A stretch of DNA of 64,000 bases from IMG/VR virus record IMGVR_UViG_3300032050_000002, one strand, 5' to 3'. This document shows, in pieces, positions 36,891-47,580 of the stretch. The notes beneath the pieces are model-generated. The model worked only from the letters and a program-made list of their open reading frames with translations. It had not been told where the DNA came from and made no database searches. The stretch is from a virus (lineage: Duplodnaviria; Caudoviricetes). Every line of letters begins with the position of its first letter. Positions within the stretch are counted from its first letter, which is position 1. Made by a program: the position numbers and the translations under genes.

Positions 36891-38660
36891 TTAATTATTT
36901 AATCCAAACATTCCACCTAACGCAATCGCGTCTAATTGTGTAATCGCCTTACCTCTTTCATTTGTCCACACAGGATGAGGTGGAGTAACTGTAAAAACCG
37001 TTACACCTCCATCACAAGTCTCACAAACAATATTTTCCGTACCTGCCGATAAAGGTTGATTACATAAGAAACAATTGCTATAGAATAATGTTGGTATATA
37101 TTCACTTGTATTTGGTAATATACAAGAATCTAATAACTCATAACATTCCGTACCACCATTTGCAAAAATAGGCCCTTGGTTTAATACTTTAGCTATGTTT
37201 TCTAACGTCATTGATAAATAATAAACTTGACCTGTTGTACACTCTCTAAGAGTAACCCCATATAATTGACCACAATCTTCACAAGAAGAATAAGTGTCAT
37301 CAACATTTGAGTAATATAATTCACCAATACCTATTTCGGTAACACTATCACCTATTGTTCCACAAACTGCTGGAGTTGTTCCGTAATTGGCTTTTATTAC
37401 AGGATTAACTAATTGACTATCAGACGGTATATTAACATATCCTTGCTCACCGTTACAAGTTGTAAATTCGTGTAGGGTGTAGAGTTCAGGTTTAGTTATA
37501 AATAAAATACCAGGGTCACAACAACAATCGGTACTATATACACCAATTGTTACCCAATCACCGGCATTGTAATTTATTGTAATTTGTCCTGCCTCGTTTA
37601 AACTAAATGCGAATTGAAATGTTGTGTAATCAATATTATTAATACCGTTAGGTTGATTAGAACTAACCCAATAAAAAGGCCAATCACATAATGGGTTGCA
37701 CTCGTCTATTGTCGACCAAAAATAATCTAAGGTTAAAGTACCCGATGTTTGAAATTGATGATACACGTAAGTTAATCCTTCACCTTCGTTGCAATCAACT
37801 TCCCCATCTGAACCTGAAATTAACCATGCGGGAGGTCCTTCAAAAGAAGGATTAAAATCAACAAAACCTCCAAAACTTTCGTAAGTTGACCAAGAATTCA
37901 AACATTCTGTACAACTACTATAAACAACTGTACTATTAACAACAGGTGTTCCTGAAAATGTTGATATAAAATCATTTAATGTAAAAAATGGTATTATGCT
38001 ATCGGCATAATCAATGAATTTACAAGATGTGGTACCCGATTGGAACAATATGGTTGTTCCTGTTACTAAATTTTGATGACTGTAAATAAATCCTACTTCA
38101 TCAGGATTTTCGCAATCGGTGTACGAATAATATCTACCCAAACAAGATGTACATTCTTCACAACTTTTACTAGGAGAATACTCAACTATGTTAGGTAACG
38201 GAATTAATTCAGTTTCTTCAAACGGAATTATATCAATAATTGTAAAACAATCATTAAAATATAAAATATTTTCACTTTCACTTTCACCAAAAAAATGGAG
38301 CTCAGGAATTGATAATATATCTCCAATTTCATATAGATTACTAACAATAATCGGGAATTCTGAGAAAAATTCTGAACCTGGATTACAAGATTGAACTAAC
38401 GCGATTAATGTGTTTGCACTAAAACAATCTAAACAGTTATCATATGTGCTAACATATGAATGTGTTGGCTCTATTTCAGTAACCTCCACTAATACCTCAA
38501 CACATTGTTTTTTAGAAGGACTATGTAAATCTTGGACTAATAATATTTGACCTGGCGTTAACTCGATATCTGAACCAACATAATATATTGGTCTGTTAGT
38601 TATTGAAATTGGGACGAATGATAGTTGGTCACAAGTTGTTGCTGAATAAACGTATAACAT
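36891..38660 (-). CDS. Cys-rich modular protein with repeated Y-x-x-C-x-x-C units; putative tail/baseplate structural protein
   Basis: YDNCLDC, KSCEEC, YSSCTEC, YSSCEDC, YSNCFLC. Confidence 0.65.
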   Translation of the reverse strand: MLYVYSATTCDQLSFVPISITNRPIYYVGSDIELTPGQILLVQDLHSPSKKQCVEVLVEVTEIEPTHSYVSTYDNCLDCFSANTLIALVQSCNPGSEFFSEFPIIVSNLYEIGDILSIPELHFFGESESENILYFNDCFTIIDIIPFEETELIPLPNIVEYSPSKSCEECTSCLGRYYSYTDCENPDEVGFIYSHQNLVTGTTILFQSGTTSCKFIDYADSIIPFFTLNDFISTFSGTPVVNSTVVYSSCTECLNSWSTYESFGGFVDFNPSFEGPPAWLISGSDGEVDCNEGEGLTYVYHQFQTSGTLTLDYFWSTIDECNPLCDWPFYWVSSNQPNGINNIDYTTFQFAFSLNEAGQITINYNAGDWVTIGVYSTDCCCDPGILFITKPELYTLHEFTTCNGEQGYVNIPSDSQLVNPVIKANYGTTPAVCGTIGDSVTEIGIGELYYSNVDDTYSSCEDCGQLYGVTLRECTTGQVYYLSMTLENIAKVLNQGPIFANGGTECYELLDSCILPNTSEYIPTLFYSNCFLCNQPLSAGTENIVCETCDGGVTVFTVTPPHPVWTNERGKAITQLDAIALGGMFGLNN

Positions 38661-38905
38661 TATTGTTTTTCTTTATTTTTAAATTTATCTAAAATGACAT
38701 CCATTTTTTCTTTAGGAAAGAATTTGTTAAAAAATTCTGAATTTTTATTTTCAGATGACCAAATTTTCTTTGGTTCTGAATTTATTTCTTTTTTGGACAT
38801 AACATTTTCTTTATATGACGTTTTGTCTTTTCTAATTTCATCAATAACCTTTTTCGCGTTCTCGACAAAAACATCCGTTTTATTTTTTTTAACTTTCTTT
38901 TCCAT
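38660..38905 (-). CDS. Small basic hypothetical protein
   Basis: 81-aa ORF; minus-strand ATATTTAT 38935-38942. Confidence 0.55.
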   Translation of the reverse strand: MEKKVKKNKTDVFVENAKKVIDEIRKDKTSYKENVMSKKEINSEPKKIWSSENKNSEFFNKFFPKEKMDVILDKFKNKEKQ

Positions 38906-38947
38906 TTTTTTATTTCTAAAATAATTTATTAATCATAAATATCTAAT

Positions 38948-40408
38948 TTATTTGTAATCTACAATCTGAAATTTAATTTGTTTCTTATAAGTATTCACTT
39001 CTCCCGAAGATTCCACTTTTAAATCTATATAATACTCATTTGGTATTTTATCTCTTGTATCAAATATAAAATAATACTCATTTGGAGTTCTATTAATTTT
39101 TGTCCAATCTTGGACTTGAACTTCCGTTTGTCCTTCTCTCACATAAATTCTATAAAAAGCGTCAACTTTTTGTAATAATTTATTCGTTGTATATGCTTGT
39201 TTTATAACAACACCAACTTTTCTAATATCGGTGTTAAATATTTTTTCATCTTGTTTAATTCCGTAATAATCAAACCCATATATCTTTGGGTCTTGAGATG
39301 TTGTCCCAATTTGATAAACACTTTTAAATGGTTGTAATGTAAACTCATTTAGTAATGGATTTAATGGAAATGTGTCAACACTTAGGTCATACCATTTATC
39401 TGTAAAGGTACAAGGTGTTTTATAACCCGATAACGGAGGAACAATAACTTCGTACACCCCTTTAGTTCTTTGGCAAGTTGTAAGACCTGTAAGACCGGCA
39501 ATAGGATTACCAGCATTATCTAATATATCGACTAAAGGATTATTATCTAAATTAATTGGGTTTCCGTTTTCATAAAGATATAGATATAATTTATTTGTTT
39601 TTCCTAAACTAAATAAATTTCTATCATCATCAATTAAATCGTTATAAGACGATTCTAAAAATGGTTCGTAAAATGTTTGTGTGTGTCTTGTAAAAAATTG
39701 AACTTCATAAACATCTGTTAACCCTGTTAAGTTTTCTAATTGGGGTTTAAACGCTACCACCCATCCAGTAATACCTGATAAAGAATTATCTAATATTGCG
39801 TTTATCTCATCTGTCATATCAAACTCGATATTTTCATTACCAAATTCAAAATGTTGAGTTGCAACCTCAACTAACGAAGAATATGGTACGGGTCCGATAT
39901 TTTTATTATTATAAATTCCATCCTCAGTCCAAACTCCTAATGTAGTTGTTTGAAACCAGTTTGATGGTCTATCTGAAAAATTTTTATCGATTTCTACATT
40001 ATATTGCAAGTCGGCAAAATCATAACCAACTCCCTCATCCCAAATTTGAGGTGTTTCGGGGTCGTCATTAATATATGGAATTCTAAGTAGAACCAAATCA
40101 AATGATGTTGCTCTTTGTCTTCCTTGGGATGTTGATGTATTTAAAAAATCAAAATTAAATGACGTTGTGTTCGTCATTCTTAAAATATGTTTCATACCTC
40201 CATCGCAAGGAGATATTGTACCATCATTATATTTTTGTTTTAGTAATGTTAAATCTAAATCAAAAATGAATCTACTATACCCACTAGGATATTGAGATGT
40301 TAATAAATTACCAAAGAATAATTCCGTAACAGGATTTCTTCCCGTATTGGTAAAACTATTTGAAATTATTGTATTGTTTTTACTGAAATAAGAATTAGTA
40401 ATTGACAT
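38948..40408 (-). CDS. Putative baseplate/tail structural protein
   Basis: 486-aa beta-rich ORF next to the gp5-like gene; minus-strand ATATTTAT 40427-40434. Confidence 0.55.
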   Translation of the reverse strand: MSITNSYFSKNNTIISNSFTNTGRNPVTELFFGNLLTSQYPSGYSRFIFDLDLTLLKQKYNDGTISPCDGGMKHILRMTNTTSFNFDFLNTSTSQGRQRATSFDLVLLRIPYINDDPETPQIWDEGVGYDFADLQYNVEIDKNFSDRPSNWFQTTTLGVWTEDGIYNNKNIGPVPYSSLVEVATQHFEFGNENIEFDMTDEINAILDNSLSGITGWVVAFKPQLENLTGLTDVYEVQFFTRHTQTFYEPFLESSYNDLIDDDRNLFSLGKTNKLYLYLYENGNPINLDNNPLVDILDNAGNPIAGLTGLTTCQRTKGVYEVIVPPLSGYKTPCTFTDKWYDLSVDTFPLNPLLNEFTLQPFKSVYQIGTTSQDPKIYGFDYYGIKQDEKIFNTDIRKVGVVIKQAYTTNKLLQKVDAFYRIYVREGQTEVQVQDWTKINRTPNEYYFIFDTRDKIPNEYYIDLKVESSGEVNTYKKQIKFQIVDYK

Positions 40409-40433
40409 TCAAAAGTTATTTACTTTATAAATA

Positions 40434-42038
40434 TCAATTAATTCTAATATTTTGATTTAAAATTGTAATTTCCGCATTAGCCAATATCTCATCTATTTCA
40501 GTAGTTGTTTGTCCGTTTCCTGACGCGACAGGAACTGGTGCTTGTGTTGAAATTGGATGTACGTGACCTTTTATATAAGATACTATTTTTCGTAACAACT
40601 CTATTAATTCATCACCCCTAACAACTGAATATGTTTTTGACTCAATACGACCCTTACCTATAAAATTTTCAGGTTCAAGACCATATAATGTATCTGATAA
40701 TAATTCAACCTCTCCTTTTGGAGCTCCAGTAGTTTTATGAGTTAAGAAATATAATTTATCAGCTCCCATGACCCCATATGTTGTTGGATTCTGAGAATAA
40801 AGTAATGATGCGTTTTCTTCTTGAATTATACCGTAAGTTGGTCCAATAACCGCTTGTCCTGATTGGTTTGAAGATACTATAAAAAAACCTTTAACATTTT
40901 CATCATAATTTACTTGTATCCCGTCAAACAATGTTTTGTAATTTTTTCTAATACTTCTACTAACAGGGTTTTCAGTATTACCGGTAAATGACCCACCTTT
41001 TTCATATGAAATTTTTGATGGAGTTACTACAAAAGGAAATACTTGTGAAGACTCAAAATTTTTAGAACTGTTAATGGTATATCCGGGTATCTCAACTTTA
41101 CCCGTAAATAATGATTGGATAATTTGATTAGTTAAATTTTGTATGTCATTTATAGACTTGTTTTTAAATACAAACTCTTCAATCGGTCCTTGATAATTTG
41201 TACCGATTGTTAGTTCTTTAATAGTACCTAATTTAAAATTTTGAGTATTAACTAACGGAGAACTATTTGGAATTACGTTATAAATTCCAATAGAACCATT
41301 AAATTGGTCACTATTGTTTTCTAAATTATCAACATTCCATATTAATATTTTTTTAGAATCAATTAAAGTGTAATCAAATTTAGATATCACCTCTATTTCA
41401 TCTTCCGTTAATGTTTTTGTAAAGTTTGATAATTGTATAAACGACCTAAATTGATTTCTTTCTGGTGCAACACCGATTTTTAAATTTGAAGTATTTGTTT
41501 TTCCCGCCCTAATTAAAACTGTTTCAGGTTTTAATACTATATCAGTACTACCTCTACCTAAAAAACTATTATCACCGGGTTTTGGAAATATTCCTGCACT
41601 ACCTGTATAATTTGTAATATTATCGGTTTGTTTATATTGATTACCTGTTGATAGTTGTTGTTGTGCGGAATTAAAATCTTCTTTTACCAAATATCTTGGG
41701 TCTGAAAATGGTCCTTGAATATAAAAACGATTTCCATCTTTATAATTTTTGTCATAATATAAAATATGAACATACTCACCAACTAAAGGGGTTTGATATA
41801 AATAGAATGGTAATAAAGGTAAAAATAAAATTGGGTCTCTATTTGTCCAAGCGTCTACGGTTTCATTCCATCCTGGAATTGACTCCGTTATTTTACTATA
41901 ACTAACATCTTGGTCTGGTAAAACTCTTAATCTACCTAAATTTTTTGGGTCGTTATTGTCAAAAACTTTTCCAGGAAATATAATCTTGGTTAATTGTATT
42001 TCATCAGCGTTCCTTAAAAAATCGTCTTTAAAACTCAT
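40434..42038 (-). CDS. Baseplate hub / central spike protein (T4 gp5/VgrG-like)
   Basis: N-terminal OB-fold signature GKVFDNNDPKNLGRLRV; C-terminal HVHP metal-binding tip motif. Confidence 0.8.
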   Translation of the reverse strand: MSFKDDFLRNADEIQLTKIIFPGKVFDNNDPKNLGRLRVLPDQDVSYSKITESIPGWNETVDAWTNRDPILFLPLLPFYLYQTPLVGEYVHILYYDKNYKDGNRFYIQGPFSDPRYLVKEDFNSAQQQLSTGNQYKQTDNITNYTGSAGIFPKPGDNSFLGRGSTDIVLKPETVLIRAGKTNTSNLKIGVAPERNQFRSFIQLSNFTKTLTEDEIEVISKFDYTLIDSKKILIWNVDNLENNSDQFNGSIGIYNVIPNSSPLVNTQNFKLGTIKELTIGTNYQGPIEEFVFKNKSINDIQNLTNQIIQSLFTGKVEIPGYTINSSKNFESSQVFPFVVTPSKISYEKGGSFTGNTENPVSRSIRKNYKTLFDGIQVNYDENVKGFFIVSSNQSGQAVIGPTYGIIQEENASLLYSQNPTTYGVMGADKLYFLTHKTTGAPKGEVELLSDTLYGLEPENFIGKGRIESKTYSVVRGDELIELLRKIVSYIKGHVHPISTQAPVPVASGNGQTTTEIDEILANAEITILNQNIRIN

Positions 42039-42280
42039 AATTGTTTTTTATTATTTCTATTTTCGTATTCGTTTAATATTAAATTATAAGTGTTTTCTAA
42101 GTTATCTAAATGATGTGTTAATTTTATTAAAGTTTCTTTAGTTTTTTCAAAATCTTCTTTAATAAAATCCATTGCAAATACTAAATCTTTATTTGAATGT
42201 GATTTATATTCGCTTGTAATTTTTAAAATTTTTTCTACGGTCTCTTTCTTATTCATATTAAAATTTTTTACCGAACGCAC
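42035..42280 (-). CDS. Small coiled-coil hypothetical protein
   Basis: 81-aa ORF, translationally coupled. Confidence 0.55.
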   Translation of the reverse strand: MRSVKNFNMNKKETVEKILKITSEYKSHSNKDLVFAMDFIKEDFEKTKETLIKLTHHLDNLENTYNLILNEYENRNNKKQL

Positions 42281-44282
42281 TTGCTGGTATAGTTACACCC
42301 GCAGGTGTTATTGCTAATGAACCTATCGCAATTTGTACTTTATTATTTTCCGCGTCTTCCTCAGATACTGCCTTTATTTGTGCAAATCTTGACAACATTT
42401 CTAAATTAGGACTTCCATCGGGTAATGGTCCTGTAGGCACTCCTATCCTTTGTAATTCTTCTATAACCCCTAAAAACGCTCTTGACTCTGAAAACCCATC
42501 CAATAGTTCACACGCGAATAACAATGGTAAAGGTAATTTTTGTTGAGCACCACTTGAAGTTATGAACGTAGATGCTGCCCTAAGTAATCTTAAAATCTCA
42601 TTAATAACACTTTTACATTTTCTCCAATCATCAATAAATTGAGCTGCAGCTATTAAAATATTGGTTAATTTTAAAATCATTGTTAATTTTTTATTTGTCT
42701 TTTCTTTTGACACATCTAAAATTACTTGTTGAATAAGATTTTTTATATCTTTTTTTAGAAGTTCAAACAACTCTTCAATTAATAAAGCGTTAACTTTGGA
42801 CACTAAATTTATCACAAATTTTTTAAAGAATTTAACAAATAATTCATAACTATTTATTAAATCTAGACCTGTTTTACCTAATGCCTCAAACATGGTATAT
42901 ATTGGTAATAATACTTTTGGACTTAATAATGAAAAAATTAATCCTTTTACTAAAGAATTAATAAAATCCCAATCAACGGCAAAACTTATTTGAGCGTCAA
43001 CACCTAATCCTTCAATATTTGAATTCTCTAATAAAGCGTTTGTAACTTCTTCAGGTTTATTAATCGCAACATTATTATCTACCAAAGTTAAATTGTTTAA
43101 CGCGCTTAAAACCGCGTCAGGATTTATTGGTATTTTAACATTATCACATTGTAAAAATTCAATAACTCCATTTTTAATATTGGTTACTTTTTGGTCAATT
43201 TCTCGTAAATCAACACTATCTAACTCAAAAAAAGTATCATCAACATTTCCTGTTTCACCTAATTTAGAAATTCCACTAACGTCAATCTCTTCTTTATTAT
43301 CAAAACATAAACCCAGTATTCTTAATAAGATTCTTTCAAAGAAACCAGCATCTTTTAAAAAAGAAACACTATAATCAATATTCATAGAAATAGCCCCACT
43401 CATCGCGTTTATAACATTGGCGAATACGTTATGTAAATCAAATAATTTTATTGATTTATAGTAATCATTAATAAATTCAACAACTGAAGTCGAATCATTT
43501 GCTCTATTTGATAAGGTAACTTTATACCAACCCCCACCAACACCTGTAACAGGATGATTTTCAAAAAATTGTATGTTAAATAAATCTTGACCTGACGCTC
43601 CTTTATAATTTTGACCATACTGTCCATTATATGAATTTGATGGCGATTGTATTCTTTGATATAGTTCTCTATTCATTGAGAATGGAAAATCTTGTATTAC
43701 AATTGGGTTTTTTTCGTATAATAATTTTCCCGCATCAGATTCGGGTTCCAATTTTAATAAATTGGCTAAATCAATTGATTTTACTTTTATATAAATTGAT
43801 AGTCCTTGGGTATAAGTTTGTTGTTGGTCACAACCTATAACTTTTATTATTTCTTTATTTAATATCTCAGATATTTTTGGTTCTATGTTTTTTAATGCTA
43901 AAGTTAGTTTACTCTTAACATATTTTACAGTATTAAGATTATTTATTCTATTTTTGGTGTCCTTTAAATTATTAACTTTAGAATTTAATTTATCTTTTTT
44001 TGATTTTAGATTTTCAGTTCTATCATTATAATCAGAAGAACTAATTTGCAACATTTCCAAAAGTTGCTCAAACTGACTTTTTACTTCTTTATTTGCGTAT
44101 TTTTTACCGTTTTTTTGAAAATCATCTAATCCCTTATTAACTTTACTATTAGACTTTTCAAAAGAGTCTCCCGCCTTTTTTTTAACCTGACTATATTGAG
44201 TTTTTAAATCATTATAAGTCTTGATACTTTTAATTCTATCTTTAATTTTTACATAGTCTGACTGATTATCAATAGATGCCAT
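42258..44282 (-). CDS. Large hypothetical protein (674 aa), probably tail/baseplate module
   Basis: Helical ORF in operon with the gp5-like gene. Confidence 0.65.
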   Translation of the reverse strand: MASIDNQSDYVKIKDRIKSIKTYNDLKTQYSQVKKKAGDSFEKSNSKVNKGLDDFQKNGKKYANKEVKSQFEQLLEMLQISSSDYNDRTENLKSKKDKLNSKVNNLKDTKNRINNLNTVKYVKSKLTLALKNIEPKISEILNKEIIKVIGCDQQQTYTQGLSIYIKVKSIDLANLLKLEPESDAGKLLYEKNPIVIQDFPFSMNRELYQRIQSPSNSYNGQYGQNYKGASGQDLFNIQFFENHPVTGVGGGWYKVTLSNRANDSTSVVEFINDYYKSIKLFDLHNVFANVINAMSGAISMNIDYSVSFLKDAGFFERILLRILGLCFDNKEEIDVSGISKLGETGNVDDTFFELDSVDLREIDQKVTNIKNGVIEFLQCDNVKIPINPDAVLSALNNLTLVDNNVAINKPEEVTNALLENSNIEGLGVDAQISFAVDWDFINSLVKGLIFSLLSPKVLLPIYTMFEALGKTGLDLINSYELFVKFFKKFVINLVSKVNALLIEELFELLKKDIKNLIQQVILDVSKEKTNKKLTMILKLTNILIAAAQFIDDWRKCKSVINEILRLLRAASTFITSSGAQQKLPLPLLFACELLDGFSESRAFLGVIEELQRIGVPTGPLPDGSPNLEMLSRFAQIKAVSEEDAENNKVQIAIGSLAITPAGVTIPASAFGKKF

Positions 44283-44656
44283 TATTTTTTCATTTTATAA
44301 GGTTCATCAGTTTTTGATACATCTTTTTGAATTAAATTGGTTAATATAGTATCGTCAACATCTAAGTCAGACAAAGAAAAGGCTTCTTGAGTTGAATTTG
44401 ATTTTTCCCAAATACTTGATTGTAATTTTGATAAAGATAATTTTTTCTCAACACAATCGTTAATTATTTTTTGTTGTTCTTTAATTATAGGACCAAGTAC
44501 TGTCATGTCTTCGGTTTCTTTCATCATTGCTAACATTTTATTTTGAATCCTAATGGCAGTACTTCTCTGTTCTACAAGCTCATTATAAATTTCTTGCATT
44601 AAAGAAAGAATTGATTCTTTCGTTAAATTAATTTCTTTTTTTACCGGTCTTCCCAT
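44282..44656 (-). CDS. Hypothetical coiled-coil protein
   Basis: 124-aa ORF; minus-strand ATATTTAT 44662-44669. Confidence 0.6.
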   Translation of the reverse strand: MGRPVKKEINLTKESILSLMQEIYNELVEQRSTAIRIQNKMLAMMKETEDMTVLGPIIKEQQKIINDCVEKKLSLSKLQSSIWEKSNSTQEAFSLSDLDVDDTILTNLIQKDVSKTDEPYKMKK

Positions 44657-44681
44657 AATTTATAAATATTTAGCGATTGTT

Positions 44682-45431
44682 TTATTTAACCATTGCTTGT
44701 ATTAATTTTGCGTACATTACTTTGTATTTTTTCATAGACCCTCTAATTTCTTTTGTTGATAGATTTGTCATATCTCTTAATGTTAGTAATATAATATTTT
44801 TATTAAATTTATTATTATCACTACCCACAAAAATTTGGTCGTAGTTCTCAAATATAGAGTGTAATGCGTATCCTAATTTAACTTCGTTTTCGGTGAGCTC
44901 AGGTTTTTTAACAAATTCATCTAATTCATTTAAAAATTTAAATATTATTTGTTCAGACTCTAAGTTGTCTTTATCTATTCTATATGAAAATTCAGGATTA
45001 TTTTCCAAATCAGATGAGATATCTTCATATGATATTTTTCGATTTATCTCTTTTTGGTCTTTAATAATTTGACCCATTAGATAGTTTTTACATATAGTTC
45101 CAAAATAAGAATATGCTTTTTTTTCTTTTGATGGTTTAAATTTATCAATTTTGGTCATCAAAAACGAGTGGGTGTCAATATGAATCTCGTAAAAATCCAT
45201 ATCTTTTCTATATAATTTATATCTTCTAATAATTGAAGATATCATTTTGTCTAAAGGTTTTTTTAGAAACTCATTATAAATCTTATTTTTTTCTTCGAAG
45301 GAATTGGCTTCTAAAAATTTTAGAACGGCCAATTCTTCTTTAACATCAAAATAATTTGTTTGAGTTGGTTTTCTACCTTTCTTCTTTACTTCCGCATTCG
45401 TACTTCCAGTTAAATTTGGAGATTCGGTCAT
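44682..45431 (-). CDS. Phage late-transcription sigma factor (T4 gp55-like)
   Basis: Sigma region 2-like KIDKFKPSKEKKAYSYFGTICKNYL (cf. gp55 FDP...AYFTQI). Confidence 0.7.
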   Translation of the reverse strand: MTESPNLTGSTNAEVKKKGRKPTQTNYFDVKEELAVLKFLEANSFEEKNKIYNEFLKKPLDKMISSIIRRYKLYRKDMDFYEIHIDTHSFLMTKIDKFKPSKEKKAYSYFGTICKNYLMGQIIKDQKEINRKISYEDISSDLENNPEFSYRIDKDNLESEQIIFKFLNELDEFVKKPELTENEVKLGYALHSIFENYDQIFVGSDNNKFNKNIILLTLRDMTNLSTKEIRGSMKKYKVMYAKLIQAMVK

Positions 45432-46243
45432 TAATTAACTTCGGATTCATATTTTATGGCTCTATCATTAATAAAGAAATATTCTTTTTTAGCCGATTCA
45501 ATCCAAAAACGTACCTCATCGTCAGACAAAATAGAATCTCCATTTTTGTAATTCCAAAATATAGACCCTTCTCTAAGGTTAGTATGTTTATAACCAATCT
45601 TAGGTATTGTCATAATTTTTAACGAATTGTGAGTTAATCTTAAAAACATTTCATAACCAAAAGTTAATTTAAACGAACCTTTCAATCCTCCAAAATCAGT
45701 GAAAGATGATTTTTTAATCACCATACCTGATGGTTGAAAATTTTGATATGTTTGTAAAGTATCATTACTTAAAATTCCCATTTCAGAAGAAATATTAAGA
45801 GCGAATGTTGCTTCATTTGTAAAACCCGCAAAACTACCTTTTTCGTCAGTATCAACAACTATTGGTAGAAAGGCATCAACTTCAGGATAAACTTCTTCAT
45901 ATTTTTTAACTGATTTAAACCATATGTTAGAGTATTCATCGTCAAATTCAAAAATAGAAATCCATTTAGATTTTGAAATTCTAACTCCATAGTTTATTTG
46001 TTCTGAAAAATTAGGTTCTTTAGTCCAAGAATGTTTTACAACATTAAGGTCTCCAAAATCAAATCCATTTAGATACTCAACCAAAGAAGTTTCGTCTGTA
46101 TGAACAATTATTAATTCATTTATTTTTACTTTTTGTACCTTTAATGATTCGATACATTTTGTGAAATATTCTTCAAATCCTCTTGCTCCGATAGATTTAA
46201 TAGGTAATATTACCGATACGTCAAATTTTTCCATGTTATTCAA
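45431..46243 (-). CDS. GT2-family glycosyltransferase
   Basis: VSVILPI, QINYG, IFEFDDEY DxD motif. Confidence 0.8.
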   Translation of the reverse strand: MNNMEKFDVSVILPIKSIGARGFEEYFTKCIESLKVQKVKINELIIVHTDETSLVEYLNGFDFGDLNVVKHSWTKEPNFSEQINYGVRISKSKWISIFEFDDEYSNIWFKSVKKYEEVYPEVDAFLPIVVDTDEKGSFAGFTNEATFALNISSEMGILSNDTLQTYQNFQPSGMVIKKSSFTDFGGLKGSFKLTFGYEMFLRLTHNSLKIMTIPKIGYKHTNLREGSIFWNYKNGDSILSDDEVRFWIESAKKEYFFINDRAIKYESEVN

Positions 46244-47297
46244 TTGTTTCTAGTTTATTTAATTGTTCTTCAAAAGATACTAATCTTGTATTAATAAATT
46301 CTTCAAAAATAGATAAGGTTTTTTTATAAAAATCATCTTTAGTTAGTAATTCTGAAATTGTTTTTTTCATACCTTCATAAAGAGTTTCACTAACATTATC
46401 CTCCAACCAATTTTGTAAAAATTGAGATGTAAAATCAATTAATTGAAGTTTGTTATTTATCCAAAGACCATTATCTTCATTCATCCATTGAGGCACCATA
46501 CTAGGTACTAATCCTAAAACAGGAACTCCTGATTTCATAGATTCTAGTGGGAATGTTCCATAAGAACTTGTCTCATCAATCCATATTGATAAAAAACAAT
46601 CTTTAAAAGCGTTTGCAAATTCTTTCTCTGTTAAACCTCTCATATCTCTAAAAGTAATCCATCTATACTGAGGGTATTTAACGTAAAATGATTTAATAAA
46701 ATTTGCAGTATCTCTTTGTTCTCTTGAATGAATTGCGATTACAGGTTTTGCGGGATATTTTGTAGTTTCAAAATTTTCAGAAATAAAAGGAGGTAAAATA
46801 TCAAAAGAAACACCTCTCATAATTGTCTCAATATATTCTTTTTGTTTTTCAGATGTGGTAATACATTTATAAAAACCCAATTGAGTCCAAGTTTGTCCTG
46901 GCTGTAATGTTTCAAAAATATGGTCATACGCTTGAGATAAAACCACTTTCCCACAAGGAAGTTTTGTAATTTGGGGCATTACAAATCCAAATAATTCAGG
47001 AATTATAATAAAATCTTCGGGTGATACTTCTAAATTTTGACCCTCTATTGCTCTGTGGGGTAGTTTTTCCATATATTCTTTACCTAACCATCCAGCAACC
47101 CCAACGTAGTCTGGTTTTTCATGTAACATAATCGGATTAAATCCTCCACTCAGTAACGCCATTCCTAAATTGTAAATGTAAGAAATAGACGCTTTAGCAT
47201 TACCTTTAGTATCTTGAACTAAAAGATAAATTCTTGATTTTTTTTGTTTTAGGTTATCAATTGAACCCTCTAACTTTTTAATTTGCTCTTGTGTCAT
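46236..47297 (-). CDS. GT-B fold (GT4-like) glycosyltransferase
   Basis: ETSSYGTFPLESMKSGVPV matches the E-x7-E-A-M-x-x-G motif. Confidence 0.7.
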   Translation of the reverse strand: MTQEQIKKLEGSIDNLKQKKSRIYLLVQDTKGNAKASISYIYNLGMALLSGGFNPIMLHEKPDYVGVAGWLGKEYMEKLPHRAIEGQNLEVSPEDFIIIPELFGFVMPQITKLPCGKVVLSQAYDHIFETLQPGQTWTQLGFYKCITTSEKQKEYIETIMRGVSFDILPPFISENFETTKYPAKPVIAIHSREQRDTANFIKSFYVKYPQYRWITFRDMRGLTEKEFANAFKDCFLSIWIDETSSYGTFPLESMKSGVPVLGLVPSMVPQWMNEDNGLWINNKLQLIDFTSQFLQNWLEDNVSETLYEGMKKTISELLTKDDFYKKTLSIFEEFINTRLVSFEEQLNKLETIE

Positions 47298-47298
47298 A

Positions 47299-47580
47299 TT
47301 AGTATTTGTTTATTAATTTTTTATTTAAAAGACTGTTAAATGCTAATTTAAATGGCATTGATAATCCATTACTTGATTTTAAACCGAGAGTTTCGTCAGT
47401 CTCAGCGTCTTCAGTTAAAATTGTTTCAGTTAATAATTTAACCATATCATATCTTACAACACTGATTGTGTTTTGAGGTGCAGTTTCTCCCGAAAATTCA
47501 TCCAATGGTGTGTCAACATTTATATATTCTTCAATCTTATCTAAATCAAAGTAATAGTGTTCTCCTAAAATTTTTAACAT
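47299..47580 (-). CDS. Hypothetical protein
   Basis: 93-aa ORF in operon. Confidence 0.6.
   Translation of the reverse strand: MLKILGEHYYFDLDKIEEYINVDTPLDEFSGETAPQNTISVVRYDMVKLLTETILTEDAETDETLGLKSSNGLSMPFKLAFNSLLNKKLINKY

Larger units (their letters stand above)
174..44669. promoter_or_regulatory. Recurrent ATATTTAT(A) motif upstream of structural/late genes; putative phage late promoter
   Basis: Sense-strand copies about 5-30 nt upstream of starts at 213, 3800, 6415, 11374, 13692, 17975 (GTATTTAT), 19759, 20225, 23701, 25182, 26217, 27275, 31912, 32986, 34376; minus strand at 174, 32974, 38935, 40427, 44662; also 2045. Confidence 0.7.
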
